Source: Dicyema japonicum (lineage: Eukaryota > Animalia > Dicyemida). Taken from it: 64,000 nt of DNA. The DNA lies in assembly GCA_011109175.1 (NCBI GenBank), contig RDEW01000100.1, positions 26,639 to 90,638 of the forward strand. Reading direction: 5' to 3'. How positions within the stretch are numbered: position 1 is the stretch's first letter; the number at the start of each line of letters is the position of its first letter. A program made the position numbers and the translations under genes. Of the stretch, positions 39,662 to 51,624 are shown piece by piece. The notes below the pieces were generated by a model, which worked only from the letters and a program-made list of their open reading frames with translations, did not search any database and was not told the origin of the DNA.

Positions 39662-42602
39662 ATGGCCGGCTACCCTTACCTTCAATGCCAGGGGCCTTAA
39701 TGACTGGTCGAAGAGGCACCAACTATGTCTGGACCTTGCAAAATATGGATGCTCTGTTTGCTGTCTCCAAGAGACGAAGCTCAGAAAAGGACTCGATGAA
39801 AACCTTGGAGACTACAGACTAATCCTCCTTCCATCGTACTGTAAACACTATGGACAGGGTTTCGCTGTTCACAAGAATTTGCTCCCCAGATTACATCGAT
39901 ATTGGAAAATTGATGACAGGATATGTGTTATTCAATTTCTTATTGGACCCAAAGGGAAGTCCAGGCAACTAATTTCCATTGTGAACGTGTACGCCCCACA
40001 TAGTGGCCGTGTTTCCAAAAACCCAGAGGAATTGGACGTTTTCTACGAAGAACTTGTCGAGGTCGTATCTTCTCTGAAGTTTTCATCGTTCCTCTTTATC
40101 GCTGGTGATTGGAATGCTAAAGCTGGGGTACATCAAGGACACGAACGTTTTATTGGACCACATGGAAGGGGGATCAGGAACTATTCTGGTACTGCTCTGG
40201 CATATTTCTGCGAATCCTTTGATTTATTCCTGTGCAATACTCAATTCCAACATTCCGCACGCCACAAGACAACGTGGATGGGCACTAGACTATCGACCAC
40301 CGGAAATCTGATAAGGATTTATAATCAGATCGATTATATTCTGTGTCGAGTAAAAGACAAATCTCTCTTACGGGACTCGAGATCTTATGGAGGACTAACT
40401 GTTAACAGTGATCACAAAATTGTGTCAGCAAGATTCAGCTTAAGACTTGGTCCAACTGCGGAGGAGTTCCTCTACGGGATAACTAATAGAAGATGCTTCT
40501 TCCAAACACATCGTGGTGGAGATTCCACGCGATCAAGAAGGTATATGACTGAACTCTTGGGCTCTTCACCAAAAGTACAAGCAGACTATAAAGAATGTGT
40601 ATCGGATTCAATTAATAATACGGCATCGGATCTTTCACCAGGAAAGGCATGGCTCGAAACTATGAGAGGGATCATTTCCGCTGCTGACAAACATCTGGGG
40701 GAACTTAAACCCCATAGCAGTCAGCGTCACCCGGAAGTGTCAGCCCTATTGAATTTGCAGAAGAACTTAAGGCTTAGATCCGAAAATACTGTCGATCCTC
40801 AGACTGTTTGCAAACTGAAACAAGAACGAAGGCAAATTGAGAGAAAAATCAAACTCCTAAACAGACTACATCACACTAGTCAGTTGGAAAGCAAGATCAG
40901 AGAGGTAGAAAACCTTAAAGACAATGCTGCGACATTCATGGCTATACGACTAATACGGAGGAAGAGCCAATCAGTGAAACTTATTTTGCATGACAGAAAT
41001 GGAAAAACAATAGGAAATGTTGCAGAACAGACAGAGTTCATAGCATCGCATATTGAACAACTGTTCTTTGTAAAAGGAGAAAAATCAGATTTCACGCCTA
41101 AGAACACAACACTTGAACGGATCATTTCACCGGAGGAGGTTTGCATGGCGATAAGGAAACTTAAATCTGGGCGCTCTCCAGGACCAGATAATATACCATC
41201 TGAATTGCTAAAATTTGGCCCTCCAGAACTTGCAGATAAACTCTCAAAATTGCTGAATGACATGATAGAAAACAAGGACTTTTCAGAAATTGGAAAGGGG
41301 ATACTAGTACCAGTTCAAAAAGGTAATAAACCCCCTGGGCCAGTTGAAAACCTGCGCCCTGTCATCCTTCTAAACACCTTAAGGAAGATCCTTGCCCTAA
41401 TTACTCTTAATCGGATCCAAGAGCCGGTGGACGGGTACTTGGCCCAGAGCCAGAGTGGTTTTAGGACAGGGAGATCAACGGCTGATGTAGTATGGTGCCA
41501 TAGATGGCAATGTGCTATTCAACAAAGATTCCGGAGCTCAAAGACTATCCTTGGAATTGATCTGACCAGAGCTTTCGACACTGTCCGTCGGGGAAAACTC
41601 ATTGAAGTGCTTGAAAGTTTCCTGGATAAGGACTCGGTTATTCTGATACGGATACTCTTATCAAACACGAGGTTACGAGTGCGTATTGGAAAATGTTTGT
41701 CACGGGAAATTATTTCAACAGTGGGCACACCCCAAGGAGATTCCCTTTCCCCAGTATTGTTTGCTATATACCTTGAATCGGCTCTGCAAGACCTCCGGAA
41801 GTATTACAACAATGATATTATGGAGATCGTGTATGCCGATGATGTTGACTTTATCTCGACTGACAAAGAAGCACTCTTACGTCTCTTGGAGGTTGCATCA
41901 GGCTGTTTGGCCAAATGGTGTCTATCACTGAATGTTCAGAAAACGGATATTGTTGAAATTAAGCGGATGGAACTACGCAATAGTGAATGTTGGAGGAAGA
42001 CCGTAAAGCTTGGCTCTCTTCTCGGAGACTCCGAAGACATTGCAAGAAGAAAATTGTTATCTACGGTTACTATGCAAAAACTTATGAAATGTTGGATAAG
42101 AAAATGCTCGGTCGGGCCATCACTCCGACTCAGGTTGTATGAGGCGTTCGTGAGGCCCATACTAACATACAACTCTGGGACGTGGGGAATTTCGAAAACG
42201 GACGAACAAAACCTTGACTCCTTTCACAGAAGGCAACTTCGGTCTCTCTTGGGACTAAAGTGGCCAATGCGTGTAGGGAGTGAAAATTTATATAGAAGAT
42301 GCGGTTCCGGACCTCTGAGCACCATGATCATGAAGGCTCGCTGGAGATTGTTTGGCCATATTCTCAGATTGGAACAAGACACGCCAGCAAACGTCGTCAT
42401 GGAAGAATACTTCGATACGTCAGGGGAGAAGTTCAGAGGTCGTCCAAGAATAACTCTTCCGGAAGTCCTTAATGGTGACCTGAGATCAGTAACCAGACTA
42501 CTAAAGGACGGTGAAGACCTTAGTAGTCTGCGGCACTTGGCATCGGACAGGAGGGGATGGGAAAGGCTAATTAAGAGGATTGTTCAGACGCGGCACGAAT
42601 AG
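39567..42602 (+). CDS. RTE-clade LINE ORF (APE endonuclease + reverse transcriptase), uninterrupted 1011-codon frame; element begins about 39662
   Basis: TFNARGL, CCLQETK, NVYAPH, AGDWNAK, QIDYIL, SDHKIV (APE). GIDLTRAFDTV, PQGDSLSP, YADDVDF (RT). RWRLFGHILR, RGRPRITLP. Confidence 0.95.
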   Translation: MFHIRVDAENRSIVLAYTLSLAGRVQTDFPDTWPATLTFNARGLNDWSKRHQLCLDLAKYGCSVCCLQETKLRKGLDENLGDYRLILLPSYCKHYGQGFAVHKNLLPRLHRYWKIDDRICVIQFLIGPKGKSRQLISIVNVYAPHSGRVSKNPEELDVFYEELVEVVSSLKFSSFLFIAGDWNAKAGVHQGHERFIGPHGRGIRNYSGTALAYFCESFDLFLCNTQFQHSARHKTTWMGTRLSTTGNLIRIYNQIDYILCRVKDKSLLRDSRSYGGLTVNSDHKIVSARFSLRLGPTAEEFLYGITNRRCFFQTHRGGDSTRSRRYMTELLGSSPKVQADYKECVSDSINNTASDLSPGKAWLETMRGIISAADKHLGELKPHSSQRHPEVSALLNLQKNLRLRSENTVDPQTVCKLKQERRQIERKIKLLNRLHHTSQLESKIREVENLKDNAATFMAIRLIRRKSQSVKLILHDRNGKTIGNVAEQTEFIASHIEQLFFVKGEKSDFTPKNTTLERIISPEEVCMAIRKLKSGRSPGPDNIPSELLKFGPPELADKLSKLLNDMIENKDFSEIGKGILVPVQKGNKPPGPVENLRPVILLNTLRKILALITLNRIQEPVDGYLAQSQSGFRTGRSTADVVWCHRWQCAIQQRFRSSKTILGIDLTRAFDTVRRGKLIEVLESFLDKDSVILIRILLSNTRLRVRIGKCLSREIISTVGTPQGDSLSPVLFAIYLESALQDLRKYYNNDIMEIVYADDVDFISTDKEALLRLLEVASGCLAKWCLSLNVQKTDIVEIKRMELRNSECWRKTVKLGSLLGDSEDIARRKLLSTVTMQKLMKCWIRKCSVGPSLRLRLYEAFVRPILTYNSGTWGISKTDEQNLDSFHRRQLRSLLGLKWPMRVGSENLYRRCGSGPLSTMIMKARWRLFGHILRLEQDTPANVVMEEYFDTSGEKFRGRPRITLPEVLNGDLRSVTRLLKDGEDLSSLRHLASDRRGWERLIKRIVQTRHE

Positions 42603-42656
42603 AATTATAGTTTATATGATTCTATGTAGTTGCTTATAATATAATAAGTATATCTC

Positions 42657-44687
42657 TTATTTAACAAACAATAAAAAAGTTAATATATTTATTAATCAAC
42701 AACCTTACTCGCCTGCCTGTTCGCCAGCCTCCTCAGGCAGGTTCGATTCTGGTTGCTGAAACAACTCCGAGAGCGCCTTGTCCAATTGAACCCTCTGCCC
42801 ATATGGCATCTCAGGGCTCTGCCTCCTATACTCCAGTGTCAGGCTCTCTAGGGTCCGCTTTAACACAGTGGACTGTAGATAGGCCTGGAGCTTCCTATCT
42901 ACCCCCAACTGCTTCAGATAACCCTTGTGGTACTTCCTTCCCACGTCATTACTATAGGAATAACGAGGACCTTGCAACCAAGCATCTGCCCCATCTCGTT
43001 TGCAAGAAAGTCATACTTCCTTTTTTTCTCCACCTCCACAGTCTGCAAACGGTCTTGAGACGTGATGCCAACCTCTATGATAAGGACTTGGCCAGACTCC
43101 TTATCGTGTACCACAATGTCCGGTTTATTGTGCTTGACTAGCACCGAGGTACGGACCTTAATTTGGACCCTGGTGTTCTCTACTACAGATTGCACCTTAT
43201 GAGTCCGCAACTTTCTGGTGTGGCGAATACCATACTTATTGCATAGTAGAAGATGAAGACTCCTTACTACCTCGTTGTGCCTCCACACATAGTCGTGGCA
43301 GAGCATGGATCCACATCGATTGGCTAAATGATCAACCGACATGCTCCTTGACTTACAGTGGGGACATGTATTTGTTGATCGACCCCAAAAAATATTGCGG
43401 TCTTGCATATACGTGTACAACGCCTCCGATCGAGGTGAGTTGTCTCCGTATTTTAGCCATATTGTCGACGACTTAAGGTCGACATGTGGGTTGTCCAATG
43501 CTCTGAAGAGGACCTTATGAAGGCTTTTTAAGTTGATCTTTTCCATCAAATTATTATATTGTAATTCGATCAACGCATTCACATTGACTAGCCCACCATC
43601 ATCAACACCATACTTAGCAGACAAAAAAGGTTGATAGTGCCTAGGTGGGTTGCCCGTGTTTTCTCGGGCGTTATTATGGCGTGCTTCCTAGCAGACACAC
43701 TTGACCCAGCTATCAGGGTGTCGTGCATTCGCATTAAGATACGCTCATTTAGTTGGACTACTCCACACAGTCCACGGCCGAATTTATCACGGGGTAAATA
43801 TAGTCTCTCCTTATTGGCTGCCAGGACATGGACATGGTTCTCTCTGAGTACTCCAAAAATCATAACATCCATCTCATCATACTCCTTGGGCTCAAACTCC
43901 ACAACACCTATGTAGTAGTTTAGCAGCGAGACAACATACTCATTTAATGCTAGGAACAAATTCCTGGCATTTAGAGACGTCTTACATAATAACGCTGCTC
44001 TTTTACGGATGCCTTCAGTAATTTGTCGCTTTGTCTCAGGTATTATAAGGGACTTTGGAAATTCGGTAACACCCAGATACTTATATCCTTCGTGTTCCTC
44101 TAGGACTCTTACTAACTCGCTACATACTTGCGTGTTAGTCGCAGACTTTGAATAATTCAAATCTAGTCCTATACTCTCAAAGAATTCCCTGGCACAGACC
44201 CCCATGGAGTAGAGCTCCTCGGCTGTTCGAGCATACATCTTCAGGTCATCGATAAAAAGAAGGTGATTTGTACTGAAACAAACCCCTTCACAATGAACTG
44301 GTATTTGCTCAAACCGGTCATTGAGGCGGCGACTCAATGGCTCCAAACAGAGAACAAAGAGTAGCAGAGACATGCTATCTCCCTGAAGGATCTCCCTCTT
44401 GAGTTTTACCTCGCCTATCCGGTGCCTATTATAGTTCAGATGAATACTCCACCTATTCATCACAGCCACTACAAAGCTGATGAACCACACAGGCATACAC
44501 AGACTGTGTAGGCATCGACAAGGTAAGAATGATCAACTGAATCGTAAGCCTTCTTCACATCCACCCACATAGACAAAAGTGAGTTTCCGTGAGACACAGA
44601 AAGGCATTTGTTGATCAAAGCCTGCTCTTTTGCCCCCTGACAATTTCGCACAGTTCCCAACTGATTCTCGGAGAGAATCCCATTTGC
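42657..44687 (-). mobile_element. R4/Dong-like element copy 2, 5'-truncated, frameshifted
   Basis: Nearly identical to 3591-5647 with the same short AT-rich 3' UTR and a few small indels. The 5' junction abuts a (TAA)4 tract. Confidence 0.92.
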
Positions 44688-44730
44688 TAATAATAATAAT
44701 ACTTAAATTTAAAACAAAAAAGTTTTGAGC

Positions 44731-44802
44731 AGCCCTGTACGGGACTCGAACCCGTGACCCTGGATTAAGAGTCCCATGCTCTACCGACTGAGCTAACAAG
44801 GC
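44731..44802 (-). tRNA. tRNA-Lys(CTT), anticodon stem one base short
   Basis: GCCTTGT TA GCTC AGTCGGTA GAGC A TGGGA CTCTTAA TCCA GGGTC ACGGG TTCGAGT CCCGT ACAGGGC. Acceptor, D and T stems pair, and a T-run terminator follows. Confidence 0.85.
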
Positions 44803-45183
44803 TTCACTTTTTATAATATATTTCTAGTAAATTACGGGATTAGCTGTAAGAAAAGCTATTATTGGGTAAATAAGATAATCTATTAAAAACAGCAAAATCG
44901 CTAATAATTTATATTCTTGTTTTTGGAAAACTAAAATTTTTAATATCATTTTTGATCAAAACATTATATAATAACATTATTTTTACTGATTATCCATATC
45001 TCTGGCAATCGTTCTCCATTCTTAGATGAATATACCACTAACAATTCTCAATTCCATACCATAACCAGTATTATCGTAGAGATGTGAGAAGTCTCCTGCA
45101 AGAAGGTAATACTTGTGACACTTCTCGACCTTACGCGTGGCGTCATTAAGCGTGGCGTCATGTGGCTCACTGGATGCAACAAC

Positions 45184-45866
45184 NNNNNNNNNNNNNNNNN
45201 NNNNNNNNNNNNNNNNNNNNNNNNNNNNNNNNNNNNNNNNNNNNNNNNNNNNNNNNNNNNNNNNNNNNNNNNNNNNNNNNNNNNNNNNNNNNNNNNNNNN
45301 NNNNNNNNNNNNNNNNNNNNNNNNNNNNNNNNNNNNNNNNNNNNNNNNNNNNNNNNNNNNNNNNNNNNNNNNNNNNNNNNNNNNNNNNNNNNNNNNNNNN
45401 NNNNNNNNNNNNNNNNNNNNNNNNNNNNNNNNNNNNNNNNNNNNNNNNNNNNNNNNNNNNNNNNNNNNNNNNNNNNNNNNNNNNNNNNNNNNNNNNNNNN
45501 NNNNNNNNNNNNNNNNNNNNNNNNNNNNNNNNNNNNNNNNNNNNNNNNNNNNNNNNNNNNNNNNNNNNNNNNNNNNNNNNNNNNNNNNNNNNNNNNNNNN
45601 NNNNNNNNNNNNNNNNNNNNNNNNNNNNNNNNNNNNNNNNNNNNNNNNNNNNNNNNNNNNNNNNNNNNNNNNNNNNNNNNNNNNNNNNNNNNNNNNNNNN
45701 NNNNNNNNNNNNNNNNNNNNNNNNNNNNNNNNNNNNNNNNNNNNNNNNNNNNNNNNNNNNNNNNNNNNNNNNNNNNNNNNNNNNNNNNNNNNNNNNNNNN
45801 NNNNNNNNNNNNNNNNNNNNNNNNNNNNNNNNNNNNNNNNNNNNNNNNNNNNNNNNNNNNNNNNNG
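45184..45866. other. Assembly gap (N run)
   Basis: Run of N characters. The poly-X ORFs here are artefacts. Confidence 1.
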
Positions 45867-45917
45867 TCCTGTAATCTTCCCTGCAGTTCCTCCTTCAAAA
45901 GGATTATAGCAACGCAT

Positions 45918-45960
45918 GTAAAACCATAATACAGTCCGACCTCGATTTGGAACACCAAGC
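45918..45960 (+). mobile_element. pogo/Tc1-like terminus TA|CAGTCCGACCTCGATTT
   Basis: The same roughly 37-bp string, including upstream GTAAAACCATAA, recurs near 52462-52498 and 59913-59949. Confidence 0.45.
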
Positions 45961-46079
45961 GTTTCAAAAACCGAGTTTGTTCCAAAAATTGACGTTTTAA
46001 CTTAAAAGTTATAAATAATTATAACTTTATGAAATAATAATATATAAAAAAAACTTAACAAATTTTATTATACGAATGA

Positions 46080-46230
46080 TCCATAGAACGCGCCTTCGTG
46101 ACTGCAAAGGTCCAGTCACTCACCGATAGGTGCTTGTGTGGGGTCGAGGGAGGACCATCGAACCAAGATGAGGTCCCTGCTAGAGAGTGCTGGGATCACG
46201 TGATTAGTTAGTTTGTGTAACCGTGGTCTC
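46080..46230 (+). repeat. Unclassified dispersed repeat (second copy)
   Basis: ACVGSREDHRTKMRSLLESAGIT* followed by TTAGTTAGTTTG, as at 25025-25110. Confidence 0.6.
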
Positions 46231-46615
46231 TGATATTATTATTATGTACTGGCAAAAATGTTCTTTTCAAGTTTAGCTGTAGTTTTCTCATAAACGAGTA
46301 AACTTCAGGGAATCTGGAGCGATATCTGAAATGGATTCTTCCAAATCATTAGTTTGTTTGTGAGTTCCTTTTATTGTTTCATTTCTCTTAATTCACCACT
46401 ATATCTCATCATAGAGTTCTTCCTCATGTATAATTTCTGATACATCGCTTTGATGGTTGAGATTGTTTCTTCGTTGTAAATACTGTTCCAACATATTTTG
46501 CCTCTTCCAACAGTTTAAACCTCAAGTCACTAAAGTTTAATACCTCGATTGTGACGTATATTATAAGCATCATTTGACGTTGAAATAGTTTCCACATTCG
46601 TGGTTTATAAATCAT

Positions 46616-47634
46616 CAGTTCTGGTAGAAAAAACCGGTTTTGCAGTTAAAAACTTTTTGGCGTATAGCTTTTAACTTTCCAACTGAATTAAAGTGTTTGG
46701 AGTTGACTAAATGTATAATTTTTTATTTATAAAAAAATTTCATTAATCGTCTAAAATTATTAAAATTTCAATTTTAGTGTGTGAAAACTGGCTTGTTTAT
46801 TGTGATCTATTTCAGTTCTTGTTTTGTGCTTTATAAGAAAATGTTAAATACATAACAAAGGAAAGATCCTTGCTCTTTCGAGTTAAATTGGACGATAAAA
46901 GATATCGCAGAACATTTAAATATTTAAAAAACGACAATCGGAGATTTTCTTTGAAAATTCAAAAAATATCGAACCACTTAGAGGCTTCCTGGTTCCGGAC
47001 GCCCTAAAAAGCTTTAAAAAGCAGACATTAAAGTTCTATTACATCTTATTGAATGCTATTTAAAATATCCAAAAAAACTTCTAACACTTGAGAAATGAAA
47101 TAAAACATTTTACTGGTAGGAGTGTCTGTAGAATGACAATTGCGAAATACTTAAATTCTAATTTTCTATTCGGAAGAGTATGTCAACGTAAACCTTTGCT
47201 TTCGAAGAAAAACAGTAAAAAAGATATGAATTGTCCATTTGCGTTGACGCAGTGTGACGGTTGCCGGGCAAGAGTCCTGAAGATCGCTAGTTCAAATCCT
47301 GAAACTGCACATTTCGGTTGAAGGTTCCACGCATCAATATGCTTTGGCTTGACGAGTGACGCCGTCATCAGTGAACTTCATTGCGGAACCGGATCGTCTA
47401 TAAAGGACATACACAAGAAAAAGAAAACAAAGAAGTGAAGAGCATTTTTTGATCCTTCCTCGATTTGCTATTTTAACTGTTCTTTGCTTAAAATAAAGTG
47501 TGTTCTGCCTGAGGGGATCGATAACTGATATGGCTCTTCGGAAAGTGCGAATATTATTATTGCGTTGAAAAATAAAAGCTATACACCAAAAAAATGTGTA
47601 ACTGCAAAACCGGTTTTTTTTTCTACCAGCTCTG
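46616..47634 (+). mobile_element. Tc1-like transposon remnant with inserted SINE
   Basis: Imperfect TIRs of about 55 bp (CAGTTCTGGTAGAAAAAACCGGTTTTGCAGTTA and its reverse complement ending CTG|TA). The frame SVCRMTIAKYLNSNFLFGRVCQRKPLLSKKN resembles the Tc1 HTH region. Confidence 0.75.
47245..47560 (+). mobile_element. SINE family copy with alternative head and (TTA)n tail
   Basis: Core GGTTCCACGCATC...GGCTTGACGAGTGACGCCGTCATCAGTG...GCGGAACC and the AAGAAAAAGAAAA...GAAGTGAAG body match the other copies. Confidence 0.8.
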
Positions 47635-47809
47635 TATTAAAGTATTACTTATTAGTATGAGGACTGGATTTATTTCCATGTTTTAATGTTACAATCGATA
47701 ATGAATCGCCTAGTCTGTTGACATAAATAAGTATATTACATTAATGTTGCAATAATATTGAATTGTTAGAGTCTGTTAATATAAATGATAATAATCGAGC
47801 GAAGGTAAC

Positions 47810-49730
47810 TGAGTGGCTGCTTCCCTGACAACTCCAGGAAATCCTTTGGAACGTTATTCGGTTTCCCGACGATCATTGATCACTTTCGATATCATCGACC
47901 TAAGCGATTTTAGAAACGACCCGCTCGTCTAAACGACAACGGGCTGTACGTGGAATTTGGTGGAAGGCTGCGTATTTTTTTATCTTGAAATTCTCGAAAG
48001 TCCGAGCAGCCTCCCCAACTTTCAATGCAGAACCAGGAAGTCTCGACTGGGAAAATATGTACAGGTCCCATCCCAAATCAAGCATTTCCCCCAGAGAAGG
48101 GGAAGACAGTTACCCCATCTGGTCGCTTTCCATCTCCACGATCCAGGCCCACCGGTTCCAGAGATGATGGGAATCTATCTTCCTCAAGAGAGCGCTTCAC
48201 AACTCCGATGATGGCGTCATGTCTCGGGAACCGGCCTCTGCTGAGACGGCAAGAGAGCGGGTGAAGTTCTTTGCAGTCCATAACAGATCCACAATGGCAT
48301 GGATGAGGCTGGAACAGGTCGATCCCAAAAACGGATAGATATCCCATTCCGGAGGGCGTTCTGTTCCAAAAAGAAATCAATTGACGATGATGGAAACGCG
48401 TTCAACCAAGCTCCGCTGTGGAGGAAAGGGTTGCCAGAATTCAAGCCAGACGGTGCAATTCATCCGTTTCCGTAAGGGTTGAATGAGTATTCTTATACAG
48501 AATGTTGGTCTAGTTCCTCAGTCGGTGTATATCAAGAGGAGTTTCTTTGAAAGCCATCGACCAGCTTTTCAACCAATCAGCAATTTTGTCGTCCAGAGCG
48601 TTTTGCAGAAATCTGGAAGAATGGTCCGGATGAGAAATGCGTTACCTGATAAAGAGGAAATGAAGGATGACAAGGAAACGTCCAGAACAGAAGTTAGGCT
48701 GATTCCCCCCAAATCTGAAGGGTAGGAATGCTTGCATTATTCCAATGTTAATATATATTCACAATTTCTTCAATGGACTTGGAGATAAAAATGTTGAAAT
48801 TCTCCAGGCTTTCTGGAAAGAGGTAGCAAGGAGAGGCTCGTGCCAAAAACATTAGTCTTGAAAGAAAAAGATAATTTTTCAAGCGAAAAAAACGCAGTAT
48901 GTGGATCATGTTCGTATAGTTTAACGGAATTAGAGCCCGGCACAATAACGTGTTCCACGTCGGTAATAGAAGCACGGGAGAAAAGCCGTGATCATGCATC
49001 GTGATTTAAAGAATTCATCTTGCGAGAGTCCCAGATTACAAATTTCAGATTTACTCGCATTAATCTCAAGTCCATAACTGCTAAGAATGGGAAAAGGAAT
49101 TCCAAGACTTTTCATAACCGACTAGGAAGATACATCGATAGTAGCATCATCCAAATACCATCAATTGCCTTCACACACGAACAAACAGCCGTATCAACTG
49201 CCAAAGCAAAAAAGAAGCAAACCAACAGGATCACCTTGTTGGATCCCAGTCAATGATTTAATGAGATCATCACCAATAACAAGATGATTACCGTATAAAA
49301 GGTTCGTAATGTGGATAATTATTGGGGCTCTCCTCAAAGCGATTTCCAGAGGATGGTCCCTCCTCGCCTAATTGAAGGCGTTCTGCTTCACAATAATCCC
49401 AGGGTTCTTCTCTTTACAATATTTCACAAAAGAACGAGCGGCATGAATGGCCGATTCGCTTCCAATTGCAATAGGGCTGACTTCGCCACCAGGTTTCAAG
49501 AAGGGAAACAACAAGGCAGAAAATAGAGTTCACTGGCGATGGAGGGATATTCCCGGATACAAACAGGTTTGAGAGCTTGGTTAACGATGATACAAGGTGA
49601 GCTCCCGCCTCAAAAGTTAAGAATAACGAAAGGACCCTAATATACCAAGGGCAAATGAGAATTGTGAGAGTCTGCGTAATGTGGATATATTTTTGAAGTC
49701 ACAGATGGTGTCGAAGTCACCCTTTCATTA
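47810..49730 (-). mobile_element. CRE-like non-LTR retrotransposon (RT + Zn knuckle + REL), 5'-truncated and frameshifted
   Basis: GGEVSPIAIG, WYLDDATI, YGLEINASKSEI, HPCHCG...HPLSCRLSRGRFPRHDAI, EPVGLDRGDGKRPDGVTVFPF. Confidence 0.85.
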
Positions 49731-50719
49731 TTTATTTATTTTATTTATTTAACTTGGTTGTAATTTATGATAACTTGGTTGATGACTTGGTTGTGATTTA
49801 TTTTTAATCACCGGACTAGAAACCGTAAAATTGATGAGTTAAACTAGATAGACCTCAGTTTCCAATTACGGGGTATCTTTGAATGGTCCTGTCAAAGTAA
49901 AGTCGATTTTCAATGATCGTATAGCAAATTCTTAGGTGACTGTACTATGCCAATGATAACTTGAAATGGTTAGATTGACTACAACAGCAGTACTAAATAG
50001 TTAATTGGTAAGAAAGTTGTGTATGGTGTACCTTTATTGTACGGAATGTCTACTAATCGTAATAATGGATCAAAGTCAATACCTTCCTTTTCGTAAGCAC
50101 GGACAAAGTGACGGACAGTGGGGCAAATAAGTCATAGCACACATATCATTTTTTTTAATTTGACATTTTATAATGATAACTTTTTCTATTTAGTTTATCA
50201 CACATAAAATTGCATTATTTTTAACACATTTTTTATTAATAAAAAATTTATTTAAAACAAAATTATAAATAACTAGCACGACAAAATCGCGACAAATGTG
50301 GAGCGGTAACGGTGGAAATGAAATCAACTGTGGAGGTTGTGGAAATTTATTGGGAGAACAAGGATCTGGTTGAGCTAACTGATCTTCTCTGACTGTTTTA
50401 TGAGGAATACAATGTCTCTAGGATTGCTTCTATTGCAGTTAAAGACAAAAACAAAAAATTATGTGATCCCACGAATTCCAATAGGGCTCTCAGCTTGTCC
50501 CGGTGGTCTTCCCTCGATCCAACACAAGCACGCAGTGGACGAGTGAATTAAAACTCACTAATGAGAAAATGAATTATTTTGAAATTTGAATTCACTGCAT
50601 CTGCAATATTTGCCAATATTAGTCATGTCAACTTGTTGGAGGATATATGCATATTTTGTTTAATACGATAGTGGAGATATCTGTTTAAATGTACTAACAC
50701 TGGCTTGTGATTGAATATT

Positions 50720-50980
50720 ACATGGGCTTTCAAAAATTACATTTGCATACTTTATTACCTACGTCTGAGTAAACCTGGTTCGTCTACGATGTGGGCACCA
50801 CTCCTATCTACCAACTTACGATATCCTCTGTCCCTTTTGCAACCTCTACGTGTTGACAACAAACCACCTATTTGAATGTCATGAACTAGCACAACGTTCG
50901 TCTACAATGCCGGGAATGACCGATCTATGGAGCGACCAACATCTGCTGCGTCCTACTTAATAGCTGCTGACCTCCTACAA
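50720..50980 (+). mobile_element. I/Jockey-group LINE 3' fragment (repeated at about 58170-58430)
   Basis: LVRLRCGH...CPFC...TTNHLFEC...DLW Zn knuckle. A related APE start (QNNINVIGTKITEL...DIYLFQ) lies at about 52260-52365. Confidence 0.55.
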
Positions 50981-51074
50981 GTTAGTGAGGCTGGGGTTAC
51001 TTAACTAACAAACTTACCACTTACAAAATAGTTTCTGTTGAAGAAACTGTTCAATATTAGAGACGATTAAGTAA

Positions 51075-51253
51075 TGACCGGATCATCGGGAGCCGTTGGT
51101 CCAATGACGGCTGAGTTCTTGCGAGAACTCGGAGGATTGCTTGCAAGAAAGAAAAGGGATCAACGAGAAGGGTTATGGCTAAGACAAAAGATTGGAATAG
51201 CCATACTCCGAGGGAACTCGTTCGCAATCCACGGAGCAGGCTTCCTCAACTGA
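51075..51253 (+). mobile_element. CRE-like 3' end (repeated at about 58522-58700)
   Basis: GAVGPMTAEFLRELGGLLARKKRDQREGLWLRQKIGIAILRGNSFAIHGAGFLN*. Confidence 0.8.
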
Positions 51254-51264
51254 CATTTAGCTAG

Positions 51265-51624
51265 TTAAGAGCTCTTTCGCGTGGCCCTAAAAGGAGGTTC
51301 GCTTGAGCCATGTTTTGCAGCCATCCTCCTCGCCCACGCCATCTTGTTCCTGGCCCTCATTCGAACATCATCCAGATCGTCCGCTGTCATCAATTTACGA
51401 CTATTTTGTTCGTAGTCATCTTTTAAGCAGGTTAGAAGTGTGTTTCTTGGTCTGCCTCGAAATCCGCGACTTCCGGCGTAGTAGAAATATTCTTCCATTA
51501 TTCTGTTACATGGCGTAGTCGGGTCCAGTCTGAAGATATGTCCAAATAGTCGCCATCTCGATAAAATAACATCGGTGCTGAGTGGTCTGGATTTACATCG
51601 TGAATATAGATTTTCAACTGACAT
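51265..51624 (-). mobile_element. RTE 3' fragment (repeated at 58710-59072)
   Basis: ENLYSRC...RWRLFGHIFRL...RGRPRNTL. Confidence 0.8.

Noticed and set aside
3630-42602. Reverse transcriptase ORFs as bacterial retrons, group II introns or defence RTs
   Set aside because: They carry APE or CCHC+REL domains of eukaryotic non-LTR elements and sit among spliced eukaryotic genes.
4489-43915. Antisense ORFs over the retroelements (for example 4489-4872, 8154-8477, 10913-11320, 40880-41275, 43631-43915)
   Set aside because: They are shadow frames of RT coding strands with no independent protein features.
30590-45070. Short diverged similarities between 30590-30720 and 44990-45070, and between 22257-22290 and 30690-30720
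   Set aside because: Too short and decayed to classify. Probably relics of old dispersed repeats.
45048-45985. Long ORFs in the supplied track
   Set aside because: They are translations of an N gap.
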